Of a stretch of 64,000 bases of DNA, positions 12,123 to 24,478 are shown piece by piece. Position numbers and translations under genes: made by a program. The stretch's first letter is position 1. Every line of letters starts with the position of its first letter. Where the stretch lies: positions 42,976,470-43,040,469 of the forward strand of contig NC_081359.1 in assembly GCF_030684315.1 (NCBI RefSeq), given 5' to 3'. The stretch is from Stegostoma tigrinum (taxonomy: Eukaryota). A model generated the notes under the pieces. That model made no database searches. It was not told where the DNA came from and saw nothing but the letters and a program-made list of their open reading frames with translations.

Positions 12123-12327
12123 ATGTCTGTTGGATACCACAATATCCATGCCAAAGGAGATAACATATATTTTCCTGCAGCAGAAAACACACCCTGCCAG
12201 AGGAAATAAATCACGCCTGAATGTTTGAGTTGTTTACTGGAAATGTATGCCAATTTTTTCCTGCATTCTCTTGAACAGTGATACCATTGATGATAGCAGC
12301 CCACCAGTACCTGCGCACATATCATTG

Positions 12328-15175
12328 ACCATAAGACCATAAGACATAGGAGTGGAAGTAAGGCCATTCGGCCCATCGAGTTCACTTTGCCATTTAATCA
12401 TGGCTGATGGGCATTTCACTTCCACTTACTGCACCCTCCCCGTGGCCCTTAATTCCTTGCGAGATCAAGAATTTATCAATCTCTGCTTTGAAGATATTTA
12501 ACATCCCGGCCTCCACTGCGCTCCGTGGCAATGAATTCCAGCAGCCCACCACTCTCTGGCTGTAGAAATGTCTCCTCGTTTCCGTTCTAAATTGACTCCC
12601 TCTAATTCTAAGGCTGTGCCCACGGGTCCCACTCTCCCCGTCTAACAAAAACAACTTCACAGTGTCCACCCTTTCTTAGCCATGCATTATCTTGTAAGTT
12701 TCTATTAGATCTCCCCTCAACCTTCTAAACTCTAATGAATACAATTCCAGAATCCTCAGCCATTCATTGTATGTTAGGCCTACCATTCCAGGGATCATCT
12801 GTGTGAATCTCCGCTGGACATACTCCAGTGCCAGTATGTCCTTCCTGAGGTGTGGGGCCCAAAATTGGACACAGTATTCTAAATGGGGCCTAACTAGAGC
12901 TTTATAAAGCCTCAGAAGCACATCGCTGTTTTTATATTCCAATCCTCTTGAGATAAGTGACAACAGTACATTCGCTTTCTTAATCACGACTCAACCTGCA
13001 AGTTAACCTTTAGAGAACCCTGGACTAGCACTCCCAGATCCCTTTGTACTTCAGCTTTATGAATGTTCTCACCATTTAGAAAATGGTCCATGTCTGTATT
13101 CTTTTCTCCAAAGTGCAAGACCTCACATTTGCTCATGTTGTATTTCATCAGCCATTTCCTGGACCACTCTCCAAAACTGTCCAAATCTTTCTGCAGCCTC
13201 CCCACCTCCTCAGTACTACCTGCCTGTCCACGTAACTTCGTATCATCGGCAAACTTCACCAGAATGCCCTCAGATGCATCCAGATCATTAATATATAAAG
13301 TGAACAGCTGTGGCCCCAAGACTGAACCCTGCAGGACACCACATGTCACCAGTTGCCATTCCGAAAAAGAGCCTTTTATCCCAACTCTCTGCCTTCTGTC
13401 AGACAGCCAATCCTCAAACCATGCCAGTAGCTCACCTCAAACACCATGGGCCCTCACCTTACTCGGCAGCTTCCCGTGAGGCACCTTATCAAAGGCCCTT
13501 TGGAAGTCTAGATAGATAACACCCACTGGGTTTCCCTAGTCTAACCTACTTGTTACCGCTTCAAAGAATTCTAAAAGGTTTGTCAGGCATGACCTCCCGT
13601 TACTAAATCCATGCTGACTTGTTATAATCTAACCCTGCACTTCAAGAATTTAGAAATCTCACCCTTAAAGATGGATTCTAGAATTTTACCAACAACCAAG
13701 GTTAGGCTAATCGGCCTATAATTTTCCATCTTTTGTCTTGATCCTTTCTTAAACAAGGGGGTTACAACAGCGATTTTCCAATCATCTGGGACTTGCCCTG
13801 ACTCCAGTGACTTTTGAAAGATCACAACCAATGCCTCCACTATTTCCTCAGCCACCTCCCTCAGAACTCTGGGATGTAGCCCATTGGGGCCAGGATATTT
13901 ATCAATTTTTAGACCTCTTGGCTTTTCTAGCACTTTCTCTTTTGTAATGTCTACCATTCTCAACTCTGCCCTCCGACTCTCCTTAATTGTTGGGATACTA
14001 CTCATGTCTTCCACTGTGAAGACTGACACAAAGTACTTATTAAGTTCTTCAACTATTTCCTTATCTCCCATCTCTAGCCTTCCAGCATCAATTAGGAGTG
14101 GCCCAATGTCTACTTTTGCCTCTCATTTGTTTTTTATGTATTGAAAGAAACTTTTACTATCATTTCTAATATTACTGGCTAGCCTACCTTCATATTTGAT
14201 CCTCTCCTTCCTTATTTCTCTCTTTGTTATCCTCTGTTTGTTTTTGTCGCCTTCCCAATCTTCTGATTTCCCAGTGCTCTTCGCCACTTTATAGGCTGTC
14301 TCTTTTACTTTGATACATTTCCTGACTTCCTTTGTCAGCCATGGCTGTCTAATTCCACTCCCCCCCCCACCCTTCCCCGGATAATCTTTCTTTTCTTTGG
14401 GATGAACCTCTGTACTGTGTCCTCAATTATACCCAGAAACTCCTGCCATTGTTGCTCTACTGTCTTCCCCGCTAGGCTCTGCTTTCAGTCAATTTTCGTC
14501 AGTTCTTCTCTCATGCCCCTGTAATTACCTTTATTTAACTGTAACACCATTACATCTGATTTTGCCTTCTCTCTTTCAAACTGCAGACTGAACTCTACCA
14601 TATTATGATCGCTGCCTCCTAAGTGTTCCCTTACTTTAAGATCTTTTTTAAAGTCTGGCTCATTACATAGCCCGAAGTCCAGAAGAGTCTGCTCTCTTGT
14701 GGGCTCCATCAGAAGCTGCTCCAAAAAGCCATCCTGTTAGCATTTCATGAATTCCCTTTCTTTGGATCCACCGGCAACATTATTCACCCAATTCACCCGC
14801 ATATTGAAGTCCCCCATGATCACTGTGACCTTGCCTTTCTGACATACCCTGTCTATTTCCCGGTGCATCTGGTGCCCCTGGTCCTGACCACTGTTAGGAG
14901 GTCTGTACATAACTCCCATTATGGTTTTTTTCCCTTTGTGATTCCTCAACTCCACCCACACAGACTCCGCATCTGACCCTATGTCATTCAGTGCCATAGA
15001 TTTAATTTCACTCTTAACTAACAAGGCAACCCTGCCCCCTCTGCCCACCTCCCTGTCTTTTTGATAAGTTGTAAATGCTTGGATGTTTAACTGCCAGTCC
15101 TGAACCCCCTGCAACCATGGCTCTGTGATGCCTACCACATCATAATCATTCAAGATGATTTGTGCCATTAATTGA
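12328..15175 (-). mobile_element. CR1/HER1-type LINE, near-complete ORF2 (APE endonuclease plus RT), broken by stops and frameshifts
   Basis: Colinear ORFs: YDVVGITEPWL / GVMYRPPN / MGDFN and HLGGSDHN (endonuclease); YRPISLT; GVLQGSVLGP and KFADDTK (RT); RPHLEYCVQFW. 3' tail with (accataag) repeats at 12328. Confidence 0.97.
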
Positions 15176-16149
15176 GGCCAAGAGAGATTTATTCCATGTA
15201 CCATTACTCTATGTTTAATGGTAATAACACTAGGCCATCATCTTGTATCACTACTTATTGTTATTGGTATATATCTGAAATCAATTGGTATATCTTAGTG
15301 CAGAAAAAATAGAAGGATGGTAGTGGCTCTTAGAATCAGCAACATGTTTCACTCTGTTGATGTCCTTTTCTTTGTCAATGGAAGGCTTGCTGTGTCATTT
15401 AGACTGGCACTTATCCACAAGCCAGGCATAAAGAAGGTAGTAACATGGATCATTGTTAACCCATGATGTTCAGTTAAGCCATCTTCTGTCAACCACACAT
15501 ACAGAGCTTTGAGAAATTCAATGAAATTACATAGATATTTTGAACAGGAGCTAACTGATATTCCTTTCCCAGCGTGTGGAAAAATGATTTTTGCTATGCT
15601 GCTGAGAACTATGGTTTGTGCTGGTTTGGCATGATTAATGCAAACAAAAGCGAAATTTATCTTGAACATCAGCAAAGAAATTCACAATCAGTATTTCATG
15701 ACAATTATTCCCGTCCATTTTAACAAGGCAGCAAGGTGGATGAGAAGTGCAGATCTCTGGCTGTTTTGACAATGGCGAATCACCTTCCCGAAGATGTCCA
15801 TTGTACCTCCAGCCACTTCCAACACAGCCCAAATGATGCACCATCTTGAGAAGTGTGCTGTGTGGTCATCTCCTTCACGTGCCAGAAGTGACTGATCTGG
15901 TGACACCACAATGTCAGACAGTGACTCGAATAGCTGACATGATGCCCATTTTCCAAATTTGGGCTATTCCAGAACTTTGAATGAGTTTGCACTTCATCAC
16001 AGACCAAACATTCAATTACAAGTGGGGCCTGCAACAAATGATGATGTGCTTCTGCTTTTGCTAAGCATCTGAAATTACCCAGGCGCATTTTTGGAGTTTT
16101 ATAGTGTAAAAGACCACATATTTGTTTCATTTTGTAAGGCTTTAAAATG

Positions 16150-16335
16150 AAATGGAACATAAACAGAAATTCCCAAACAAACTCAGTAGGTCTGGCAGCA
16201 TCTGCAGACCCTGCTATTTCTCAGAAGTCACTAAACTCAAAATGTTAATTCTGCCATCTCTGCAAATGCTGTTGGATTTCTCCAGCAATTTTTATTTTTG
16301 CTTCCAAATTCCAGCATCTGCACTTCTTTGTTTTG
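16150..16335. mobile_element. Old miniature fold-back PLE terminal-repeat element
   Basis: aaacagaaatt..aaactcagtaggtctggcagcatctg is followed by its approximate inverse gctgttggatttctccagcaatttttatttttg and the tail ttccagcatctgca. Confidence 0.6.
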
Positions 16336-17568
16336 TTGAACTGACAGGGAAATTGGATTGCTATAATTGGAATCCAGGCAAGTTTAGCAACTTGAAAATT
16401 AGATGTTGCTTATTGTTGAGCTACGAAAATGCTTTTGGAAGTTTTAAGAAGGATAATTTGAGATCGAACAGCACTGAGAATCTTTCAAGTTTGGAAAATT
16501 TCACTAGGCAGCATATTTTATTCATACAAGAAAAGATATAATTTCCCCTGATCAACCATTAAATCAAGGAAAACTTTTACTGTTCAGACAACAGCATCTC
16601 ATCATTGCAGTCTGAACTTTTGATCTTCAGAATTTTGCATACCATACCTGAATTCATCCCACCCATAGTATCTGACTTAATCAGAGTTGAGTTTGTGTGT
16701 TATTGAGGTTTTGAAGCAGTGAAGTTTAAGTTGCATAATTTAGAAATTTCTTCTTTCCACTGTCCTTATTAAAGTTGTGTGTTCCAATAGATACAGGCAA
16801 TCCAGGGTTGCAAATACGTTCCATTCTTGAGTCCATTTGCAAGTCCATTCAAATATAAGTCAAAACACAATGCAGGACAATATAAAATAGTCATTCATGA
16901 GTACTCGGAAACATTTGTATGTCTCATCTTTAAAATTATATCCAAGTATAATAGGATCACACTCATAAGTACAAACATTTGTAAATTAGACAGTCATAAA
17001 TTGGGGGACCCCATAGTTGTTTTTTATTGCTGAAGAACTAATGCTGTGAAGTTTTTTTCTCTTTGTGATATAGCGGTGCTGGTGTTGGACTTGGGTGAAC
17101 AAGGTCAGAAACCACATGACACCAGGTTATAGTGCAACAAGTTTCTTTGAAAACACAAGCTTTTGGAGCCTCACTCCCCCTTTAGGTCTAAGTGGAAGAA
17201 GTGGCATCATACACAGAATTTATAAGCAAAAGATCAAAAAGTCACACAACTGAGGATGTATTAAACAAATTTAAGATGCTGTTAAATCTTTAATCAGTTA
17301 AGAGGTTTTTATTGATTAATATGTCTATGTAAATCCCCAAATTTCTTTCAAATCACTGCCCTGGGAGAATTATTAGTTTTATCAGTGTAAAGAAGAGGTG
17401 ACATTTCAGGTCAAACATGTTAGATGTCAGGCCTTGTTTAGAATTTGTTTGTATTTTGGTTTGGAGTCTGACTGCTGTTATTTCTAAAGTAGGAATTAAT
17501 GAAATGCCACATTGACTGACTATCTATAAATTGTGTCCTTTCTGAACAAAATAGATTTGACAAAATGT

Positions 17569-18342
17569 TTCAGAGGTAGTAGGAACTGCAGATACTGGAG
17601 AATGTGAGATAACAAGGTGTAGAGCTGAATGAACACAGCAGGCCAAGCAGCATCAGAGGAGCAGGAAAGCCGATGTTTCAGGCCTAGACCAGAAATGGGG
17701 GAGGAGAAGGGGGTACTGATATAAATAGGGAGAGAGGGGGAGGCAGGTAGAAGATGGATAAAGGAGAAGACAAGTGGAGCGCATGGAGAGCAGACAGGTC
17801 AAAGAGGCAGGGATGGTGCCAGTAAAGATGAGTATAAGTGAGGAGTTAAGGGAGGGGATAGGTCAGTCCAGGGAGGACAGATAGGTCAAGGGGACAGAAT
17901 GAGACTAGTAGGTAGGAGATGAGGTGGGGCTTGAAGTGGGAGTAGGGGATAGGTGGGAGGAAGGACAGTTTACGGAGGTGGGGAAGAACTGGGCTGATTT
18001 TGGGATGCGGTAGGGGGAAGGGGAGATTTTGAAGCTTGTGAGGTCCACATTGGTACCATTGGGTTGCAGGGTTCCCAAGCAAAATATGAGGTGCTGTTCC
18101 TGCAACCTTCAAGTGGCGTCATTGTGACACTGCAGGAGGCCCAGGATGGGCATGTCATCCAAGGAATGGGAAGGGGAGTTGAAATGGTTCGCAAGTGGGA
18201 GGTGTAGTTGTTTATTGTGAACCGAGCATAGGTGTTCCCCACCCCCATTTCTGAAGAAAGGTCGAGGCCCGAAACGTCAGCTTCCCTGCTCCTCTGATGC
18301 TACTTGGCCTGCTGTGTTCATCCAGCTCTACGTCTTGTTATC
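17569..18342 (-). mobile_element. Neptune-type PLE 3' fragment with a short inverted terminal repeat
   Basis: Minus strand reads LQEQHLIFCLGTLQPNGTNVDLTSFKISP. Inverted + arm at 18238-18342. TSD tttgacaaaatgt (17556-17568) / tttaacaaaatgt (18343-18355). Confidence 0.9.
18251..18278 (+). ncRNA. Minimal hammerhead ribozyme motif (PLE type)
   Basis: CTGAAGA-aaggtcgaggccc-GAAAC-GTC. Confidence 0.6.
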
Positions 18343-19095
18343 TTTAACAAAATGTCACCTGTTCATTACACTAATAAAACCTTTAGTTCTCTCAGGCAGT
18401 GACTTGAAAGAAATACACATTAATCAATTAAACCTTCTAACTGAGTAAAGATTTCACGACATCTTAGGTTTATTTTTTAATACACCCTCGTTGGTTGTGT
18501 TACTTTTTGATCTTTTACTTGTAAATTCTGTGTCTGATGCCACCCCTGTCACTAACATCTGAAGAAGAAGTGAGGTTCCAAAAGATTGTGTTGTCAAGTA
18601 AACCTGTTGGACTATAACCTGGTGTCATGTAATTTCTGTTTTTGTCCTCAGTAGCAGTCAGTAATGCATATTGGTCATTTTGGAGATCATAATCAGATTT
18701 CATACATTTATATGTATTCTGACATATTGTAGAACCATGGGGCTTAATTATTGGTGCAGACTTTCCAGTTAAGTCATGATATCAATGAATTCCTGGATTG
18801 AGCAATAAGTGTTGCAGCATCCCCACAGGATGGGCAGTTGACCTGTTCAAAAGGGAATGGATTCTGCAATTGCTTCTGGATCTGCAGCATGAAAAGACAG
18901 AAAACAGAGCCTATAGAGATATCAAGCACTGTACTCCTCCCTTTGCCAATATGGACCACAATTCCATTAAACTCTAACATTAATGGTGTGGTCTGCCAAT
19001 TAATCTGGCACCTCATTGTGCATGTTCATGTCTAGCCTCCTGTCTTCATTGAGGTCCTTATCCGAGATCCATTTAGCAGATAACATCTTCAACCT

Positions 19096-19317
19096 GGGGT
19101 GGCACAGTGGCTCAATGATTAGCACTGCTGCCTCACAGCACCAGCGACCAGCATTCAATTCCAGCCTCGGGCGACTGTGTGGAGCTTGGACATTCTCTGC
19201 GTATCTGTGTGTGTTTCCTCCAGATGCTCTGGTTTCCTCCCACAGTCCACCTTCCAATGGTCAATGTGGGCTTGTTGGGATGAAGGGCCTGTTTCCACAC
19301 TGTAGAGATTTAATGAG
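19096..19317 (+). mobile_element. HE1-type V-SINE with an internal deletion
   Basis: Head ggggtggcacagtggctcaatgattagcactgctgcctcacagc and V-domain joined directly to the tail gggcctgtttccacactgtag. Confidence 0.9.
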
Positions 19318-19488
19318 CCTCTCCTCTGGTGATCTGGCACACAAGATATCCATTAACGCCAGTGTGGATACAGTCTGCCTAAGCCCAGTGACTCATCATG
19401 CATTGATCCCATTCTATACCTTCCTTCCAGGTAACAGTGCCAATATTAGAGTTGGTGGCCAGATCAAGTGATAGAACTTCTTTGTCAG

Positions 19489-19828
19489 TCATAGAATCAG
19501 TGAGTGCCTACAGTGCAGAAAGTGGCCATTTGGCCCATCAAGTCTATACTGACCTTCCAAAGAACATTCCACCCAGACCCAGTCCACACCCTATCCCCAT
19601 AGCTCTGCATTTACCGTAGCTAACCCACAGTGCCTGTACATTCCTGGACACTTTTGGGCAATTTAACATGGCCTAACCTGCATACCTTTGGACTGTAAGA
19701 GGAAACCCATGCAGACATTGGGAGAACGTGTAAGTTCCACACAGGCAGTCACCCAAAGCTGGAACCAAACCTAGGTCCCTGGCACTGTGAAGTAGCATTG
19801 CTAGCTCACTGAGCCATTCTGCCACCCC
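19489..19828 (-). mobile_element. HE1-type V-SINE
   Basis: Reverse complement of head, V-domain (ctttggactgtaagaggaaacccatgcagac) and tail. Confidence 0.9.
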
Positions 19829-21444
19829 ATAATGCTGTTCTACTGATCTCTGTCTGCATCCTGACACTGGTCCTTGATCTTGACTGCCTGTATGCAGAAA
19901 ATTAGGAGGAGAAGGCATGGGTTTCAGGGTCACACCATCAGTCATTAGTTACTCATGCCAATTAGCAGGTTGAGAATGAATAGGCAGGTGTGAAAGGGAA
20001 GTATTATCATCTTCAGTGGTGCAAGTGATGCTGAATGCCGCAGGCTCTCTTTGCAGCCAATCCCCATGATGCTGAAAGCCATTTCCTTATAAGGTTCAAA
20101 AGATGTAGGTGTCCTCGTCCAGTGCATACCACTTTTATTTTTGTTTTTGGACATATTGTCCTGCAAGAGAAAGGGAAGCATATGAGAAATTCTGTTACAG
20201 TATGGTCAGATGAGTACCTATATATGTAGTGTGTATGAGGGTAGCAGCATTGAAGGTGTCTGAGAAGAAGCTGGAGTATCCATTTGTGAGCCGTGGAAGG
20301 GGGACCTACTGAGGAAGTCATTTGGCCAAAGGTTACCATGAACAATTACAATATAATATATGTCATATGAGATAGATTTGCTGACCTTGATCATTTGCAT
20401 CAGGTCATTAAACTTCTTTTAGCACAGATGCCCGACCTTGGGTCTTGAATTAACTTCACTGACCATCTGCCCCTTGCTTTTTTTGAGCTAGGACTGTGAG
20501 GATACCTGGCCCCAGCTGAAGCATGGCATCTATCCTCCTGTCCAACTACACCAGTAAGTCTTCCAACACTGCAAACATGATACTGGAGTTTTCACTTTCT
20601 GCCATGGTGCTCCATTTTCCATGTATAACATTTCATCAGTACCACTCTGGGACAGACTTCCTTCAAGAATGATAGACTGACTGCATCACATGGTTTTAGC
20701 AAATGAATGCTATTTAGCACCCTATTGGGCATAGGAGTAACCTACAGAAATGCAGTGCTTAGTCTTAGGCAACAGTCCTAGAAAGAAACTGGCAGTATCA
20801 CATATTAGTGTTGTTTTTCTCCACTATTACCAATGCATGAAGGTGACAAATCATGATCTCCATGTTTAAATAATGAAACACGACAATTTTTGGTCCACAG
20901 TTGGATAATCGAAATAGTTCCAGTGAATCATAACATTAACTGAGCAAAATCACAAGATCTTGTTTGGCTGTGTACGAATTCTATTTAACATTCTGCTACC
21001 TGATGATTAATAGAACAGGTTTAATGAGGAGAAAGTTGTTCAGCTTTTGTATACTGGCTGTATAATAGTTTAAGAATTTATTTTGGAAAGTATAAACGTT
21101 AAAGTAAAAAAGAAACTGGAAGTGATTTTCCTCTCATAACAGTTAGTCTACTAAAGAAAGCATGACCTCACCATTTTTAATAATTTACTAGTTTTGTTTT
21201 GTCCAGAGGTCAATGAGATGTTAATTTCACATCAATCTGAACCATTAGATATCATAGACTCTGTCTAAATTACTGGTTTCAAGTGTATTCCAACCATATG
21301 AATCAAGAGTTATCTCCTGGTTTTGTTAACACAAAATCTGTAATTCACTCCTCAGTGCAGATAACACTAAATACACTCTCCCTGAGTAAACTTGAAAATC
21401 TGAACAACGGCAACAAAAGGGCAAAATGTTGGCACATATCCATT

Positions 21445-22010
21445 ATGGTATGCAACAACATTACAATTGTGGTAATGTCATTGAAGTAGTAATCCAATGG
21501 TCCAGCCTAATATTATTGGGGCATGAGTTCAAATTCCACGAAGGCAACTTGGGAAATTTGGATTTAATTAATACATCTGCAGTTGAAAGCTAGTCAAATT
21601 AAACTACTATCAATTGTTGTAGAACAAGTTCACCTGTCATCTTGAAAAGCTTAGCAGAGTTAATGTTTCGGGTCCGGTGACCCTTCCCCAGAACTGAGTA
21701 AGTTCTGAGGGACGTTCATCATAGCCAAAAGTTTAACTCTGATTTTTTCCTTTACAGGTACTGCCAGACCTGCTGAGCTTTTCCAGTAACTTCTGTTTTT
21801 GTTCCTGAATTACAGCATCCACAGTTCTTTGGTTTTCATCTGCTGTCTTACCTGGTCTGGCCTCCTTGTAACTCCAGACCCACAGCAATGTGGTTGACTC
21901 CTAGCTGTCCTCTGAAATGGCCTGGCAAGCCTCTCAGTTCAATGGCAGTTAAGGATGATGAACAAATGCACGATTTGCCAACGACAGCTACATCCCATAA
22001 ATTAAGTTTT
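21445..22010 (+). mobile_element. SINE family B containing a miniature PLE
   Basis: gtggtaatgtcattgaagtagtaatcca..gagttcaaattcc head and cttacctggtctggcc..ccagacccacagcaatgtggttgactc body. Confidence 0.8.
21643..21835. mobile_element. Miniature fold-back PLE terminal-repeat element
   Basis: agagttaatgtttcgggtccggtgacccttccccagaact / agttctgaggg..ttaactctg inverted about 21700. Tail tacagcatccacagttctttggtttt. Candidate TSD tcatct (21637-21642, 21836-21841). Confidence 0.75.
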
Positions 22011-22289
22011 TAGAAGTCCTGAAGAATTTTCCATTTTATTTCTGGGTGTTCAAATGTTCTTTTTTCACTGTGTAGGTTATATCCAAGGATGAGGTTTGTC
22101 CAAGATTAGTCTGTTTTCATGGTTTGACAACAGTTCCTCTGAAGTACTTTTATACAATGCAGACCCTTTTCCATAAACTGCATGTGCAGAAATGTGACTA
22201 AGGGTTTAAACACTTGCAGTAATCTTAGCACTATGCTTATGATTGTCTTGAGGATGGTTTCTATCACTTTGTTATATTATTCCAATATT

Positions 22290-24130
22290 ATGTAGAAACC
22301 ATATATATTTATGCATATGTATACTTAAGTATTCAAAGTTTCACATCTTTCCTTGCTGCACTGTGGTCTCTCTGTGGAAGTATTAAGCTGAGTAACAAAG
22401 ATTTAGATCTGAAGACCAGTATTTGTGCCTGAGACTAAAAGATTCAGCACGCAGGGAGGCAAAACTTCCACTTTGATAACACGTGGGACTTTGTATCGTC
22501 TTTTTGGCAGGTGCAAGCTTGTGATGGCATTTTTGGCCACTCTGCTACAGATTCTTGGGGCTTCAAGAATTTGTTGGAGGGACTGTCTGGGGAAGAGGTA
22601 TTGAGCTATCAGCCCTGCAAGACTGTAACATTCACTATGAAATACTCTGAGGATCTGATGGAGAAGAGGAGAAGAACAGATATAGACCCTGCAAACTTTA
22701 CAGCACTATGGAAAATCAATCCTACCACAAATACATTTTCAAGGACATGTCAATGAAAATCCCCGAAGAGGAAGCAAAAAATACCAGCCGTGATGTTTGA
22801 TATAGCATACAAAGAGTAAGGCATAGCCATACATCCAAGCCAGAGAGTCCTGAAGATACACCAACAAATTCAATAAACATAGCTTAGGACTTGTCATTTA
22901 TCTCCAAAGAGTTTGTAACTCAATATTCCCTTTTATCTAAGATTAGAGAGCTTTTAACAATTGTCTCAGCAGCATGGAGTTCTGTTTTCTGCGCAAGGAA
23001 TTCATGCAGGAATAATATTTGACAATGGAACTCAGTTCATTTTCAGAGAATTTAAGAGATTTGCCAAATTGAACAGACTCAATATCACTTCCCCATCACC
23101 CATTTTACCCTGGAGGACATGTTTCATAGATTACATGTTCACATGGTCAAGAGAACCCTCAGAAAATGCTGAAAGACAAAAGACCATCCAAATCTTACCT
23201 TAGTGCCATTTTGACCTGCATTTTCAAGACTTGCATGAAATTGCAGGCAATACTAACAGACTAGCATTGCCAAGCAAATTACACACTCCAAAAGATCAAG
23301 AATAAATAGCGCAACTATTACAGATTGATGCTCAGAAAGAAGAAGGTCTACATTCTGACAAACATGCCAAATCCCAGATTGAACTATTAGAAAAATGTTA
23401 CACATGCAGGATCAAATCATGAAAACAAGACTTCATAAAGCTGAGACCAAAGGTTGCACATCATCAACAGGTAAGCAAATGAAATATGACAGAGTCCATA
23501 ATCATCCTAACGTAAGTTGGAGAAGCAGAAAAGTCATCAACATCAGCAACATAATTATTAAGCAAAGCAATATCAACAGATACACAGAGGAAATTCAATT
23601 CACAAAATCATCAAGAAGTGCCACAACATCAGCAGCATCAAGTGCAACTTCTCTAAAGTGCGCAACATCATCAACACACCATACCAATTTATTGATGATA
23701 GTAATGGTGATCAATTCCATGAAATGGCTGCACAATACCCTACTGCACAAGCAATACCAGGAATATTGCTTTTGAGAAACAGAAAAGCACATAAAGTTCT
23801 CAAAGTGTTCTATTATTTATACAGGTCAATTTAATCTTCTTTACTTTAGACAATACATAAAAGTTAACGTTTCAAGCAATTATGTAAGTATTTGTTTAAA
23901 CTAAGATGATATTCTATTGTTATGCTAATTCCAGTATGATTTAGGAGTTATGTGTTCACACATACATCAGTATCCAGAGTGCTATTTCTCTAATGCAGTT
24001 TGCTTACCATGTGTCAGACTGCGGTGCGTGGTATGTTCGAAAAGACCATTCAAATAATCTCCAACATCTGAATTTAAATTTGTGATCATTTCAAATCTCT
24101 AGTATCCACAAGACGTAACTGTACTACATT
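22290..24130 (+). mobile_element. Gypsy-type LTR retrotransposon remnant (integrase core)
   Basis: ORF 22961-23203 VLFSAQGIHAGIIFDNGTQFIFREFKRFA..ITSPSP matches the integrase F..G.P..I.SDNG.QF.S.EF motif. Outer limits are uncertain. Confidence 0.65.
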
Positions 24131-24139
24131 CAGTTTGTA

Positions 24140-24478
24140 ATAGAATTACAGAATCTGTACAGTGTGGAAACAGACCAATTGGCCCAACAAGTCCACACCG
24201 TCCCTCTGAAGAGCATTCCACTCAGACCCATTCACCTACACTTGATTTCCTACATCTAACCCAAATATCCCTGGGCACCACAGGTAATTTAGCATGGCCA
24301 ACCCACCTAGCCTGCACATCTTTGGACTGTGGGAGGAAACCAGAGCACCTGGAGCAAAGCCATGCAGACATGAGGAGAACATGTAAGCTCCACACAGACA
24401 GTCACCTGAGGCTGGAATTGAACCCTGGTCCCTGGTGCAGTGAGTCAGCAGTGCTAGCCACTAAGCCACCATGCTGCC
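24140..24478 (-). mobile_element. HE1-type V-SINE
   Basis: cctgcacatctttggactgtgggaggaaaccagagcacctggag..gcagtgctagccactaagccaccatgctgcc. Confidence 0.92.

Larger units (their letters stand above)
17075..18648. mobile_element. Fold-back element with inverted arms of about 300 bp (second PLE-like family), containing a nested PLE
   Basis: 17097-17406 (acatgacaccaggttatagt..aggtgacattt) is the inverse of 18350-18648 (aaatgtcacct..actataacctggtgtcatgt). Both arms carry decayed hammerhead-like cores. Confidence 0.8.
18780..20615 (-). pseudogene. Spliced Harbinger-type Myb/SANT-like gene fossil (3 exons), interrupted by two SINEs
   Basis: Exon 1 about 20615-20386 (MEHHGR..VLEDLLV*LDRR..QMVSEVNSR..KKFNDLMQMIK) with donor aag|gtcagc. 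Acceptor ttccctttctcttgcag|gac at 20161/20160; exon 2 reads DNMSKN..PYKEMAFSIMG. Second acceptor ttttctgcatacag| at 19888. Confidence 0.6.

Noticed and set aside
16152-16541. 129-aa ORF
   Set aside because: It begins in a PLE terminal-repeat remnant and shows no domain or splice support.
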